Positions 48,358-58,121 of a DNA stretch of 64,000 nucleotides are shown piece by piece (positions within the stretch are counted from its first letter, which is position 1; each line of letters starts with the position of its first letter). Source of the DNA: an uncultured bacterium (GTDB taxonomy: Bacteria; Patescibacteriota; Minisyncoccia; Phycocordibacterales; DATDWN01); the NCBI GenBank assembly GCA_903870365.1, contig CAIQCQ010000038.1, forward strand, positions 7,478 through 71,477, read 5' to 3'. The notes below the pieces were generated by a model. That model was not told where the DNA came from. It searched no databases and was given only the letters and a program-made list of their open reading frames with translations. The position numbers and the translations under genes are program-made.

Positions 48358-50139
48358 TTAGCTGTCTCTTTTTCCGTGCATGAGCATGTCTACTGCATGC
48401 TGTAGTGACCCCGCACGAATTACCTCCCCAGAATTTACAAAAAATATCTCATCAGCATTTTCAATCGTGTTGAGACGATGAGCAATAATAACTTTAGTTG
48501 TGTGTGGTGGAAGTTTTTTTAAGATAGTATCCAGGATCTCTTCTGTCACGGTATCAATATTGGCAGTTGCTTCATCGAGAATGAGGATGTCCGGACGGCG
48601 GAGGACTGCACGCATAAACGCAATAATTTGTCTCTCACCGAGACTGATCGCTTCGCCACCACTCTGCATTGGTGTGTCGAGACTTTTTTCAAAACGAGAA
48701 ATAAGAGAATCAAGATCAGCTTCATGTAATACAGCGAGTAATTCTTCGTTGGAATATTTTGAATATGCGTCATTACCATACAATATGTTGTCTCGTAGTG
48801 TCCCGCTAAAGAGGAACGGTTCTTGGAGAATAAAACCAATCTTTTGTGTTCGTTCGTATGGTTCATATGTTCGAATATCTTGCCCAGAAAGAAAAATAGT
48901 ACCTTTTGTTGGATCATATAATCGTGCCATGAGTGATGCTGTTGTTGTTTTACCACCTCCTGTCGGTCCGACGAGTGCATATGTTTTACCTTGTTCTAAT
49001 GTAAAACTGACATTGTGTAGTATTTCCTCGCCGTCTGGATATCCAAAGTAGACGTCTTTGAATTCGAGTAGAGATTTCTGTGTATCTGTATTGTCATCGT
49101 GTGGAACAACAGTAAGATTTGTTTTCAGAGCAAGGATTTCAGAAATACGATCAAGCGCAGCCAGTGCTGTCTGGAACTGAGTCCATAATGAGGCGATCTC
49201 ACGGAGGGGATTATAAAACTTACTCATATACGAGATAAAACTGACAAGCAGGCCAAGAGTAAAAGCACCTATGGAAATAAGATAAATTCCGTAAGCAAGA
49301 ACAATAAGCTGAGCAACATTTGCAATAAAACCATATAGTGGAGTGAGAAAAACAGTATTAACGATACCTGCTTGTATGGAGGCGTAATAGTTTTTTTGGT
49401 TTGCTTCTTGGAATTTTTCTCGGAAATAGTCACGACGATTAAATGCCACAATAACTTTGAAGTTGTTGATGGACTCTGAAATTTCACCACTCATACCACC
49501 AGTACTCTGTAAACTTGCAAGGTTCACTTTTTTGACGTAGGACGATATTGCTAATGTGAGGATCAGTAAACTAATAGCAGGAACAAGACCAGCCATTCCG
49601 AGCCTCAGATTAATAGAAAGGATAAAAATACCAGCACCAATGATGAGAAATGTATTACCGATAAATTGGACCAGTGCTTGTGAGAGGAATTGATTGAGCT
49701 TATCTGTATCATTGTTGATACGAGAAATAAGGTCGCCTGCTTTGTTTTGATTGAAAAATGCAACAGGAAGTTCTTGGAGTTTATTAAAAACAGAGTTACG
49801 TAGGTTGAACAACACACGCTGACCGACACCACCCATGACTTTTGTTTGGATATAACTGGCAACCAGAGCAAGAAGGTATATACCAAGTAATATAAGGGAA
49901 AATACCGCAACTCCATGATAGTTTTTGGTCAGGACATAATGATCTATGGTGTATCCAATAATGATTGGTGCAATCAGGTTCAGCAGTGAATTCATGAAAA
50001 TAGCACTGAATGCAACAGTCAAGTTTTTTTGTTCACCTTGTAAGAGGGGAAAGAGTTTTGCAACTGAACTCCATATATTTTGTTTTTTCGGAGCATTCAG
50101 GGGTATGTTGTTTGAGCCTGTGTTTAATGTGTAGTTCAT
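48358..50139 (-). CDS. ABC exporter, TMD+NBD subunit
   Basis: GDLISRINND, GPTGGGKTT, ISLGERQ, ILDEATA, IAHRL. Confidence 0.93.
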   Translation of the reverse strand: MNYTLNTGSNNIPLNAPKKQNIWSSVAKLFPLLQGEQKNLTVAFSAIFMNSLLNLIAPIIIGYTIDHYVLTKNYHGVAVFSLILLGIYLLALVASYIQTKVMGGVGQRVLFNLRNSVFNKLQELPVAFFNQNKAGDLISRINNDTDKLNQFLSQALVQFIGNTFLIIGAGIFILSINLRLGMAGLVPAISLLILTLAISSYVKKVNLASLQSTGGMSGEISESINNFKVIVAFNRRDYFREKFQEANQKNYYASIQAGIVNTVFLTPLYGFIANVAQLIVLAYGIYLISIGAFTLGLLVSFISYMSKFYNPLREIASLWTQFQTALAALDRISEILALKTNLTVVPHDDNTDTQKSLLEFKDVYFGYPDGEEILHNVSFTLEQGKTYALVGPTGGGKTTTASLMARLYDPTKGTIFLSGQDIRTYEPYERTQKIGFILQEPFLFSGTLRDNILYGNDAYSKYSNEELLAVLHEADLDSLISRFEKSLDTPMQSGGEAISLGERQIIAFMRAVLRRPDILILDEATANIDTVTEEILDTILKKLPPHTTKVIIAHRLNTIENADEIFFVNSGEVIRAGSLQHAVDMLMHGKRDS

Positions 50140-50150
50140 TTTTTTGATGA

Positions 50151-51896
50151 TTACTTTTCATGAGGAGACTCATATGTATGTGTACTTTGTTGTGAATTGT
50201 AAATCTGGACGTATTCCGGAGATGTTTTCATGAGATTTTCATGAGTACCTGTTGCAAGTATTTCTCCTTCCATAAGTAAGACAATTTGATCATAGTGTTC
50301 AACCGCAGTGATCTTTTGTGTGACTGATATGAGGGTGATATCTGGATAATATGCTGCAATATTAGCAAGTATTTTTTCTTCGGTATTTCTATCTACTCGA
50401 GCAGTAAAATCATCAAGTAATAATATATGTGGATTGAGAGCAAGAGCACGAGCAAGCATAATACGTTGCTTTTGTCCTCCAGAAAGTGTTGTACCTCGCT
50501 CGGAAACGACAGATTCTAGTCCATGTGGCAGTGTGGTGATAAATTCACTAAGTTCTGATGTTTTGATCGCTCGATCTAAATTTTCATCACTTATATTTTG
50601 ACCAAAGGCAATATTTTCACGGATACTGAGATTAAACATAACACTGTCCTGAAAAACAAAACCAATATCTGCGTGTAAGTTTTCTTTGTTGTATTCATCT
50701 ACATTTTTCCCGTCAAAGGTGATGATGCCAGAATTTGGTTCAATTAAACCAATCAGCAGGTATAATAGTTGGCTTTTACCACCAGCTGTCGGACCGATGA
50801 TTGCAGTTTTTGTGTGTGGCTGTATGGACAATGATATATTTTTTAGTGCGATTTTGTCACCGTATGCAACAGTGACATCTTTGATGGTAATATTTCCCTT
50901 GAGTCTTTCTGTGATTGTACCAAATTCTTTTTTCTCTTCATGTTCAAGAATGTTGCGTACTCGAGCATATGAGGAACTTGCTTGGGCGATGACATTACTC
51001 ATAAAACCAAGGATGATAATAGGAAATATGAGAATACTAATGTAGCTGTTGAATGCAGCAAAATTTCCCAAGGTCATACTGCCAGCAATAACAAAATGTC
51101 CACCAAGTGTCAGGACTGAAAATATAGCAAGATTTGATATAAAGGTGATGAGGGGGATCATTGTGGCAAAAAGAGATAGTATGCTCATACCAATGTCTTT
51201 TGCTTGGGTATTGGCAGCTTCAAATTTTGTACGTTCGATATTGTTTGAATTGAGTACACGGATAAGTGCAGAGCCAAGAATGCTTTCGTTGATAACTTTA
51301 TTCAGCCAGTCAATCACTTCTCGACTTTTAGTAAAGAGTGTTTTGACTTTACCAAAGACAAAGAAAAATGTGCCGCCGATAAGCGGAATAATAGTCAAAA
51401 CAACAAGAGCAAGTCTCCAGTTTGTTACAAAAAGGAGTGTACTGGCTCCGATGATAAGTACAATAGATGAAATGATGGTAACAATAGCAAGTGAAATATA
51501 ACTTTTGACGGAATCAATGTCTCCGGTCAGGTTAGTCAACAGTTTTGCGGGGGAGATTGTTTGTATGTATCCGTAACTTTGGTGAGATATTTTTGCCGAT
51601 AGTTCTGTACGCATATCTCGAGCGACGCGTTCTGATGCATATGTTTGGATGGTACTTTGAAGTATTGTAAAAATAAGGATAGTGATAGTAGCAAGAGAAA
51701 ACTGCCATATTGTTGTACTGAGCATAAATATTCCAAGTGTATAACTGTCTATGGCATGACCAACTATTTGGGGGATAAGGAGGCTGACAATATTTGGAAT
51801 AATAGTGACACACGTTAATAGAGCGATAATACCTTTGTATGGACCAAGGAGATTGAGGAGACCTTTTTGCTTTTGTTGAGGAAGTGGTGTGGACAT
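50151..51896 (-). CDS. ABC exporter, TMD+NBD subunit (heterodimer partner, degenerate site)
   Basis: [20 protein letters not shown] and Q replacing switch His. Confidence 0.93.
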   Translation of the reverse strand: MSTPLPQQKQKGLLNLLGPYKGIIALLTCVTIIPNIVSLLIPQIVGHAIDSYTLGIFMLSTTIWQFSLATITILIFTILQSTIQTYASERVARDMRTELSAKISHQSYGYIQTISPAKLLTNLTGDIDSVKSYISLAIVTIISSIVLIIGASTLLFVTNWRLALVVLTIIPLIGGTFFFVFGKVKTLFTKSREVIDWLNKVINESILGSALIRVLNSNNIERTKFEAANTQAKDIGMSILSLFATMIPLITFISNLAIFSVLTLGGHFVIAGSMTLGNFAAFNSYISILIFPIIILGFMSNVIAQASSSYARVRNILEHEEKKEFGTITERLKGNITIKDVTVAYGDKIALKNISLSIQPHTKTAIIGPTAGGKSQLLYLLIGLIEPNSGIITFDGKNVDEYNKENLHADIGFVFQDSVMFNLSIRENIAFGQNISDENLDRAIKTSELSEFITTLPHGLESVVSERGTTLSGGQKQRIMLARALALNPHILLLDDFTARVDRNTEEKILANIAAYYPDITLISVTQKITAVEHYDQIVLLMEGEILATGTHENLMKTSPEYVQIYNSQQSTHTYESPHEK

Positions 51897-51996
51897 AAGA
51901 TATGCATCATAGCAAATTTTTATGATGGTTTATAGGATCGGTGATGAGAAAATACCTAGCTTTATGGAGATGAACCGTAGTAAACTTAGTTCGTAT

Positions 51997-52410
51997 ATGA
52001 AAAAAACCACAAACAATATGTTTGGTACCTCTGTCTGGCGTCATGTCGTTAACTTTTGGACGTTTGCATTATACGTTGCGATTATTATTGATTTTTGTTT
52101 TAGTCACAAGATTGATCTTGTTTTGGGACCAATATCTGCCATCTATATTGGTGCGCTTGCTTTATATAGTGCCGAAAAAGAGTTTGAGCGTTGGCATGAC
52201 TATCATGCTGGTCGTCATCCAGGAGAGATATACGTCATCATCTGGACATTTTTGGTCGTGACATTACTTGGGTTGGAAGTGGTGTATCACTCAAGCTATC
52301 GCATACCAGACGTGGTGTTCTCTACATATGTAGTCGTGATTGGTATCTTGGCCATTACAAAACGCTCAAAGCAAAAATATGACGAGGATCGGGGAGGGAA
52401 GAAAAAGTGA
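51997..52410 (+). CDS. Four-TM hypothetical membrane protein
   Basis: Hydrophobic segments around KEFERW..RHPGE; start moved to ATG 51997. Confidence 0.65.
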   Translation: MKKTTNNMFGTSVWRHVVNFWTFALYVAIIIDFCFSHKIDLVLGPISAIYIGALALYSAEKEFERWHDYHAGRHPGEIYVIIWTFLVVTLLGLEVVYHSSYRIPDVVFSTYVVVIGILAITKRSKQKYDEDRGGKKK

Positions 52411-52449
52411 TTTTTAAAGTGTTTTGTGGTAGTTTTGGTGAGTTAGTAT

Positions 52450-52521
52450 GCAGCCGTCGTTCAATGGATAGGACACTCCCCTGCGAAGGGAGAAATGCAG
52501 GTTCGATTCCTGCTGGTTGCA
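52450..52521 (+). tRNA. tRNA-Arg(GCG)
   Basis: gcagccg/tggttgc acceptor, stem ctccc/gggag with loop ctGCGaa, T arm gcagg-ttcgatt-cctgc. Confidence 0.93.
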
Positions 52522-52706
52522 CAAAAAAACAGAAATCGCCACGGGCGGTTTTTGTGCAACCAGAACAAACCAAAGGTTTGTGTCAGGAATCGAACAGATT
52601 AGCGGTGCACGAGCTCAGTAGAGCTTGTCGCTAATCTGGTGCCCAGGATTTTGTTAACGGTTGTATTACAAAATCTGAGGGAGATATTCCTCCTATTGCA
52701 CAAAAC
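52522..52706 (+). ncRNA. tRNA-Arg 3' trailer element
   Basis: gtgcaaccag + hairpin + caggaatcgaac is antisense to this tRNA's 3' end; conserved core shared with the Lys and Ser trailers. Confidence 0.6.
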
Positions 52707-52710
52707 AAGC

Positions 52711-53163
52711 TTAAAATCCAAACAAAATGAGGAGTTTTTCAAGGAAGGGTTCTGAATGCTTGATCTCGTGGAGATAGACAGAGAGTGCTGTGCGAATGTC
52801 TTCGGCAGGCACATCACCAAGAAGTATAACAATATATGGCATCAGTTTTTTTTCTGATTTGAGGAGGATACGTGGATGAAGTTCGTATTCTTCGATCCAG
52901 AATGATTCAAGACTATTATATGGATAGAGTATTTTATCTACCTGCACACCTTTGTCACTAATTTTTATCTCGTGCATTTCTGGCGGACGACTAGCATACA
53001 GTGATAGTGTAAATGTACCAACGAGGATGAGGATACCGAACAGCACATTACCGAGGACAATAGAAATGATAGAGAGAGTGACTGAAATAATACCAACGAT
53101 CCAATACCAGTCGGTGGTTTTTTCAGTGTGCATGTATTGTGGTGCTGTCCAGGTGATATTCAT
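52711..53163 (-). CDS. Two-TM plus PH-like domain hypothetical protein
   Basis: MNITWTAPQY..KTTDWYW, two TMs, ISDKGVQV..YPYNSLESFW; start ATG 53163. Confidence 0.75.
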   Translation of the reverse strand: MNITWTAPQYMHTEKTTDWYWIVGIISVTLSIISIVLGNVLFGILILVGTFTLSLYASRPPEMHEIKISDKGVQVDKILYPYNSLESFWIEEYELHPRILLKSEKKLMPYIVILLGDVPAEDIRTALSVYLHEIKHSEPFLEKLLILFGF

Positions 53164-53200
53164 AAAGTTTTTTGGTATTTTTAGATTTTTACTCACTATG

Positions 53201-53278
53201 AATTTTTTGAGCACGAATATTTTTTCGGTGAAAAATTTCTCAGTCTCGCACCGTCGTACTCCGAAGTCTCAAAAAATT
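53201..53278. repeat. Short hairpin copy
   Basis: IR aattttttgag/ctcaaaaaatt; reverse complement cgacggtgcgag..gagaaatttttcaccgaaaaatattcgtgc. Confidence 0.65.
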
Positions 53279-53437
53279 TACAGCTTCGACAAATATAAAA
53301 AATATATTATAAACTTTATAATATCACATGAACAGCTTGTGGGGGTGTAAGAGGGAAGGGGTGTGTATATAATGTATGTTGTATGGCAAGGAATATTTGG
53401 AGTATACTAAAACCTAATTATTAAGTAACATATATTT

Positions 53438-53719
53438 ATGATGAATTATTATGACAATGGATATGGTATGCACCACGCATACACATATGGGTACGGACCA
53501 ATGACAAGTTCTTTCTTTTGGCCATTTGCTATTGGTGCAGCTATTGTTGGGGCTGTACTGTTTCTTGCATGGCTTGTATTGCTCGTGTGGGCATTGATTG
53601 ATTTGTTTAAAAACAAACCAGCACACATGACTGCATGGGCTTTTGTGATTATTTTGGGACATGTGATGGGACCGGTGGGGTACTACTTCATTGTCATGCG
53701 CGACCGAATAAAAAAGTAA
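53438..53719 (+). CDS. PLDc N-terminal-like small membrane protein
   Basis: VWALIDLF...AWAFVIILGHVMGPVGYYF. Confidence 0.8.
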   Translation: MMNYYDNGYGMHHAYTYGYGPMTSSFFWPFAIGAAIVGAVLFLAWLVLLVWALIDLFKNKPAHMTAWAFVIILGHVMGPVGYYFIVMRDRIKK

Positions 53720-53734
53720 TTAGATCAACAGTAG

Positions 53735-53853
53735 CTCGGGTCTTTTTAAACAATCTCATCTGCTACATTTTGAAAATGCTCGTCACCGTACTATATGTAC
53801 GGCTCCTCGTATTTTCAAAATGTATCAGCGACCTTGTTTAAAAATCCACCGAG
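53735..53853. repeat. Dispersed modular hairpin copy (minus orientation)
   Basis: Reverse complement: ggtcgc..acgaggagccgtac-atata-gtacggtgacgag..gatgagat; apex flanks identical to copy 1. Confidence 0.82.
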
Positions 53854-53961
53854 ATTCGTAGTCTGGTTTGTGCTTAGTGGTACATCCAGATTATGAAAGC
53901 TTGCTGTATTCAGAATACGAAAACAAAAATCGACTGATGTCGGTTTTTTGTATTGAAAAAA

Positions 53962-54672
53962 TTATGCAAAAAAGACACGGCGGATTTTTTCCACTTCTGA
54001 AAGGACAGAAGCACCTCGTTCGTGGCGTGGGTAAGGGATATCGATAGGAAATGTTTCTGTCAGTGATCCTTTTTTCATCAATACTACATCTTGGGCCAAC
54101 GTCACCGCTTCTTCAATCAAATGCGACACCATAACGATGGTGATTTTCGTCTCGTGCCAAATTTTGAGAATATCGAGATGGAGTTCGTGTGTCATTTTTG
54201 GGTCAAGTGCAGAGAATGGTTCGTCCAGGAGTAGGACTGATGGTTTGACCGCTAATGCACGAGCGATACCCACACGTTGACGCTGACCGCCGGACAATTC
54301 ACGAGGGAATTTATCGGTATATGCACCAAGACCGAGCATGTCGATATATTCACCAGATTTTTTTCGAGCTTCTTTTTTGGTCATACCTTGAGCTTGCAGT
54401 ACGGTCGACACGTTATCAGAGACCGATAACCAAGGAAAAAGAGCACCATTTTGAAAAACCATTGAAATATTTTCTGGTCGCGTGATGGTGCCAGCTGATG
54501 GGGTCTCTAGCCCAGCGATGATTTTTAATACAGTAGATTTACCACAGCCAGATGGACCAATAAGACAAACAAATTGACCTTTTTGAATTGCAACAGAAAA
54601 ATCATGAAGAGCTATTTCTTCGTGTGCAAGATACGTTTTTGTGACATTGTGTAATGAAATAATTGGTTCCAT
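53962..54672 (-). CDS. ABC transporter ATP-binding protein (nitrate/sulfonate-type)
   Basis: GPSGCGKST, LFPWLSV, LSGGQRQR, LLDEPFSALD. Confidence 0.92.
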   Translation of the reverse strand: MEPIISLHNVTKTYLAHEEIALHDFSVAIQKGQFVCLIGPSGCGKSTVLKIIAGLETPSAGTITRPENISMVFQNGALFPWLSVSDNVSTVLQAQGMTKKEARKKSGEYIDMLGLGAYTDKFPRELSGGQRQRVGIARALAVKPSVLLLDEPFSALDPKMTHELHLDILKIWHETKITIVMVSHLIEEAVTLAQDVVLMKKGSLTETFPIDIPYPRHERGASVLSEVEKIRRVFFA

Positions 54673-54683
54673 ATATGTAACAT

Positions 54684-55514
54684 TTACTCAAATCGGAATT
54701 GTTCTGCATAGTGTAGTAATTTTTGCCAGACCAAAAAATTCATTATTGCAATAACTATAACCATACCAAGGAGGGCATACATAAAAGAAATAGTTTGACC
54801 TGTTGATATTGATTGAACAAGTAAGCTACCAATACCAAACAAATCTTGTGCGTGTGTACCCCCGGGGATATATGTGTGAAGTACTTCAGCCACAATGACA
54901 ATATTCCACCCTTGAGCCCATGCGAGTAAAGAACCAGTAACTAAATATGGAAAAACAGATGGCAATGCAATTTGGCGAAAGTATTGAAAACCTTTGATGT
55001 GAAAAACATGAGCGGTGGCATTGATATCACTCGGTATGACTTTGAGACCACCAACGAGACTAAAGACCATGTTCCAGACCATGGATAGGAAAATGATAAT
55101 AATGGCTGCACCATCAAGGAAATTAAATTGAATAAAAAATAATACGAGTATGGGGAAAAAAGCTAGGACAGGGACGGATTGAACGATATCAAATAGAGGT
55201 AACAAAACTCGCTCCATTAATGCACTTTTGTGCGCAAGAAATGAAAGAGGAATACTAACTATGAGGGCAAGTAGATATGCTGCGGACAAACGAATGAACG
55301 TATAAATAATAGCCCACGTAATAGTAGAAACAGATGTGCCACCAAGATATGGCATACTAGTATCACCAAGTACCCAGAGAATAAGAAAAATAGATGCCAC
55401 AATAATGAGTGGTACGAGCACAGTAGAATACACACGAGAACTCAGTTTGACCGGATAACTGATACTGAAATGGTGTTTAGTAGAATACGCATGACGATGA
55501 TCTTCTTTGAGCAT
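54684..55514 (-). CDS. ABC transporter permease (nitrate/sulfonate-type)
   Basis: QSVPVLAFFP, EAA-like loop, WNIVIVAE. Confidence 0.88.
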   Translation of the reverse strand: MLKEDHRHAYSTKHHFSISYPVKLSSRVYSTVLVPLIIVASIFLILWVLGDTSMPYLGGTSVSTITWAIIYTFIRLSAAYLLALIVSIPLSFLAHKSALMERVLLPLFDIVQSVPVLAFFPILVLFFIQFNFLDGAAIIIIFLSMVWNMVFSLVGGLKVIPSDINATAHVFHIKGFQYFRQIALPSVFPYLVTGSLLAWAQGWNIVIVAEVLHTYIPGGTHAQDLFGIGSLLVQSISTGQTISFMYALLGMVIVIAIMNFLVWQKLLHYAEQFRFE

Positions 55515-55641
55515 AGAAAAATTGTATCACCGCTGTGTTTTTTATGAAAGGTTGTGATGCGGAATAATTAAAAATTTTGTAAGAAAAAAGTCTCATACAC
55601 GTCTTTCTTCTATGCAGGATGAGTGGTACAATCAGAATTAT

Positions 55642-57213
55642 ATGATTCAATTAAAATCTTTTTTTGTAAAAATATGGAATTTTTTGAAAACAAAATGGGG
55701 CATACTCATCATCATCCTTCTTTGTGTACTTGGGTATGTTATTTTTCACAAAAAAACTGTTCCGCACACACTCATTACGGTAACTAAAGGGTCTGTTACA
55801 GAAACAGTTTCAGTCACCGGTAATACCACACCAACACAAAGCGTTGCTCTTGGTTTTCAGAACGGTGGAACTGTCTCTTCTGTATCTACTCGTGTTGGAG
55901 ATACTGTAGTTGCTGGTCAATTACTCGCGTCACTCAATACCAATGATCTGGCAGCACAATTACAGCAAGCACAGGCTAATGTCGATGGACAACAAGCCAA
56001 GCTAGACAGTTTGAAAGCTGGCTCACAACCAGAAGATATTGCTAGTAGTCAGGCTGCTCTTGCAAAAGCAAGTCAAGATTTGGCTAATATGTACAGTAGT
56101 ATTAGTGATATTTCCAATGATGGGTATGCCAAAGCCAACGATGCTGTTCGTACACAAATCAGCAGTCTGTTTTCCAATGCAGAAAATAATAGTATTCAAT
56201 TTACTTTTGCCAGTAGTAATTCGCAGCTCGCATCGAATGCAAAAACAGAACGCCTGACAGCTGCGACATCATTGAATACGTGGCAAACTGAATTACTTGG
56301 AGTGAGTTCAGTATCAACACATACTGATTTGGATACAGCGGTCAATGACGGTCTTGGATATCTTGCTCAGATTCGACAAATGCTTCTGGATGTTTCAGGT
56401 ACACTCAACAGCGCAACAAATATAGATACAGTCACGTTGGCGACAGATAAAAATGCAGTAACCAGTGCGCTGACTGAAATAAACACTGCAACAAAAAATT
56501 TGAATACTGTTGCACAGAGTATCGCTTCACAAAAACTAATTGTGGCACAGGCTCAAGCTCAGTTAGATCTCAAACAAGCAGGTTCAACACAAAACGATAT
56601 TGATGCACAACAAGCACAAGTAGAACAGGCCAAGGCTGGTGTAGCCAGTATTCAGGCAAAAATATCAAACTCTTTGATTTACTCACCGATCTCAGGTGTG
56701 GTGACACAGTGTGATGCAAAAGTTGGTCAAATTGCTAACCCAGGAGTGACTGTTATTTCTGTCATTTCCAACAGTCAGTTTGAAGTGGATGCTCTTATTC
56801 CGGAAACAGATGTGGGTAAAGTCGCAGTGGGGGACCCCGTGACCATGACTTTTGATGCATTTACAGAGAAGACATTTACCGGCAAGTTGTTTTACATTGA
56901 TCCTGCTCAAACGGTGACTCAGGGTGTTGTTGATTACAAAATAAAAGTATCGTTTGATACTGCCGATCCACAAATGAAAAGTGGTTTGACTGCAAATTTG
57001 ACTATTCAAACACAGACACATACTGGAGTACTTGTCTTACCACAATATGCCATTTTGCAAAATGATACAGGAAATTTTGTAGATATTCTTGTGGGTGGAG
57101 TATCTACTTCAACACCAGTGACGCTCGGTATTTCTGATCAAAATGGAAATATAGAGGTGACCTCTGGGGTGACCGAGGGAGAACAGGTGTTGAATATTGG
57201 ATTGAAACAATGA
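55642..57213 (+). CDS. Membrane fusion/adaptor protein (MacA/HlyD-like)
   Basis: TM, lipoyl-like VGDTVVAGQLLASL, long coiled coil, SPISGVV, MKSGLTA. Confidence 0.88.
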   Translation: MIQLKSFFVKIWNFLKTKWGILIIILLCVLGYVIFHKKTVPHTLITVTKGSVTETVSVTGNTTPTQSVALGFQNGGTVSSVSTRVGDTVVAGQLLASLNTNDLAAQLQQAQANVDGQQAKLDSLKAGSQPEDIASSQAALAKASQDLANMYSSISDISNDGYAKANDAVRTQISSLFSNAENNSIQFTFASSNSQLASNAKTERLTAATSLNTWQTELLGVSSVSTHTDLDTAVNDGLGYLAQIRQMLLDVSGTLNSATNIDTVTLATDKNAVTSALTEINTATKNLNTVAQSIASQKLIVAQAQAQLDLKQAGSTQNDIDAQQAQVEQAKAGVASIQAKISNSLIYSPISGVVTQCDAKVGQIANPGVTVISVISNSQFEVDALIPETDVGKVAVGDPVTMTFDAFTEKTFTGKLFYIDPAQTVTQGVVDYKIKVSFDTADPQMKSGLTANLTIQTQTHTGVLVLPQYAILQNDTGNFVDILVGGVSTSTPVTLGISDQNGNIEVTSGVTEGEQVLNIGLKQ

Positions 57214-57304
57214 GATAGAAGTACGAATTAAGAATAATGATGTACGAATGAGAGGAGATATTATTTTTCTTGTTCGTTATTCTTAATTCGTACATCGTAA
57301 TTCT
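57212..57304. repeat. Empty inverted heptamer-arm element
   Basis: gaagtac-gaattaa-gaataat-gatgtac-gaatga ... ttcgtta-ttcttaa-ttcgtac-atcgtaa-ttc. Confidence 0.82.
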
Positions 57305-57308
57305 ACCT

Positions 57309-58019
57309 ATGATTGAAGTTACAAATCTTACAAAAGAATATTTAGAAGGAGAGACTCCAACAACTGCTCTGAAAAACATAACCTTTTCTATTGCGAAGGG
57401 GGAGTTTGTCTCTATCATGGGTCCATCGGGATCAGGTAAATCAACTTTGCTCCATGTATTGTCTTTTCTTGATCGGCCGACAGGTGGGACGTATACTTTT
57501 TTGGGAAAAAGTATGAATGACATGGATGATGCTGAGCTTGCTCATGTCAGAAATGCTGATATGGGGTTTGTGTTTCAGTCCTTTAATTTGTTGTCACGGT
57601 TGACCGTCTATGACAATGTGGAAATTCCTTTGTTGTATTCCACTGTACCCGAAGAGAAACGAAAAGATTTGATTGAAGATGCGGTTAAGGCAGTTGGTTT
57701 AGAAGAAAAAATGCACAGTGAAGCCGGACGCTTGTCTGGAGGGCAAAAACAGCGTGTGGCTATTGCTCGAGCATTGGTGACCAACCCCGATGTTATCTTT
57801 GCTGATGAACCGACGGGTAACCTTGATTCTGTGTCTGGAGCACAGGTTATGGATATTTTGGAAAAGTTGCACGACAAAGGCCGAACGATTGTTTTGGTCA
57901 CCCACGAAACATATACGGCAGAATTTGCTAATAGAATTATTCGTGTTAAGGATGGTCAGATTGAGAGTGATGTGCCGGTATTAAAGTCACGACATACGAG
58001 ACAGGAGTTTATTAAATAG
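57309..58019 (+). CDS. ABC ATP-binding protein (MacB/LolD-like)
   Basis: [35 protein letters not shown]. Confidence 0.93.
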   Translation: MIEVTNLTKEYLEGETPTTALKNITFSIAKGEFVSIMGPSGSGKSTLLHVLSFLDRPTGGTYTFLGKSMNDMDDAELAHVRNADMGFVFQSFNLLSRLTVYDNVEIPLLYSTVPEEKRKDLIEDAVKAVGLEEKMHSEAGRLSGGQKQRVAIARALVTNPDVIFADEPTGNLDSVSGAQVMDILEKLHDKGRTIVLVTHETYTAEFANRIIRVKDGQIESDVPVLKSRHTRQEFIK

Positions 58020-58023
58020 GTAA

Positions 58024-58116
58024 TAATAGAATTACGATGTACGAATTAAGAATGACGAATAAGAAAAACAAGATCTTCTCTTATTCGTACATCGTACGTC
58101 TTCATTCTTAATTCGA
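58024..58116. repeat. Empty inverted heptamer-arm element
   Basis: gaattac-gatgtac-gaattaa-gaatgac-gaataa ... ttcgtac-atcgtac-gtcttca-ttcttaa-ttcg. Confidence 0.82.
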
Positions 58117-58121
58117 CCAAC

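Noticed and set aside
48500..49051. Long antisense ORFs (also 59732-60364, 9963-10388, 36717-37187 and similar)
   Set aside because: Shadow or alternate frames of well-supported genes with no recognisable motifs.
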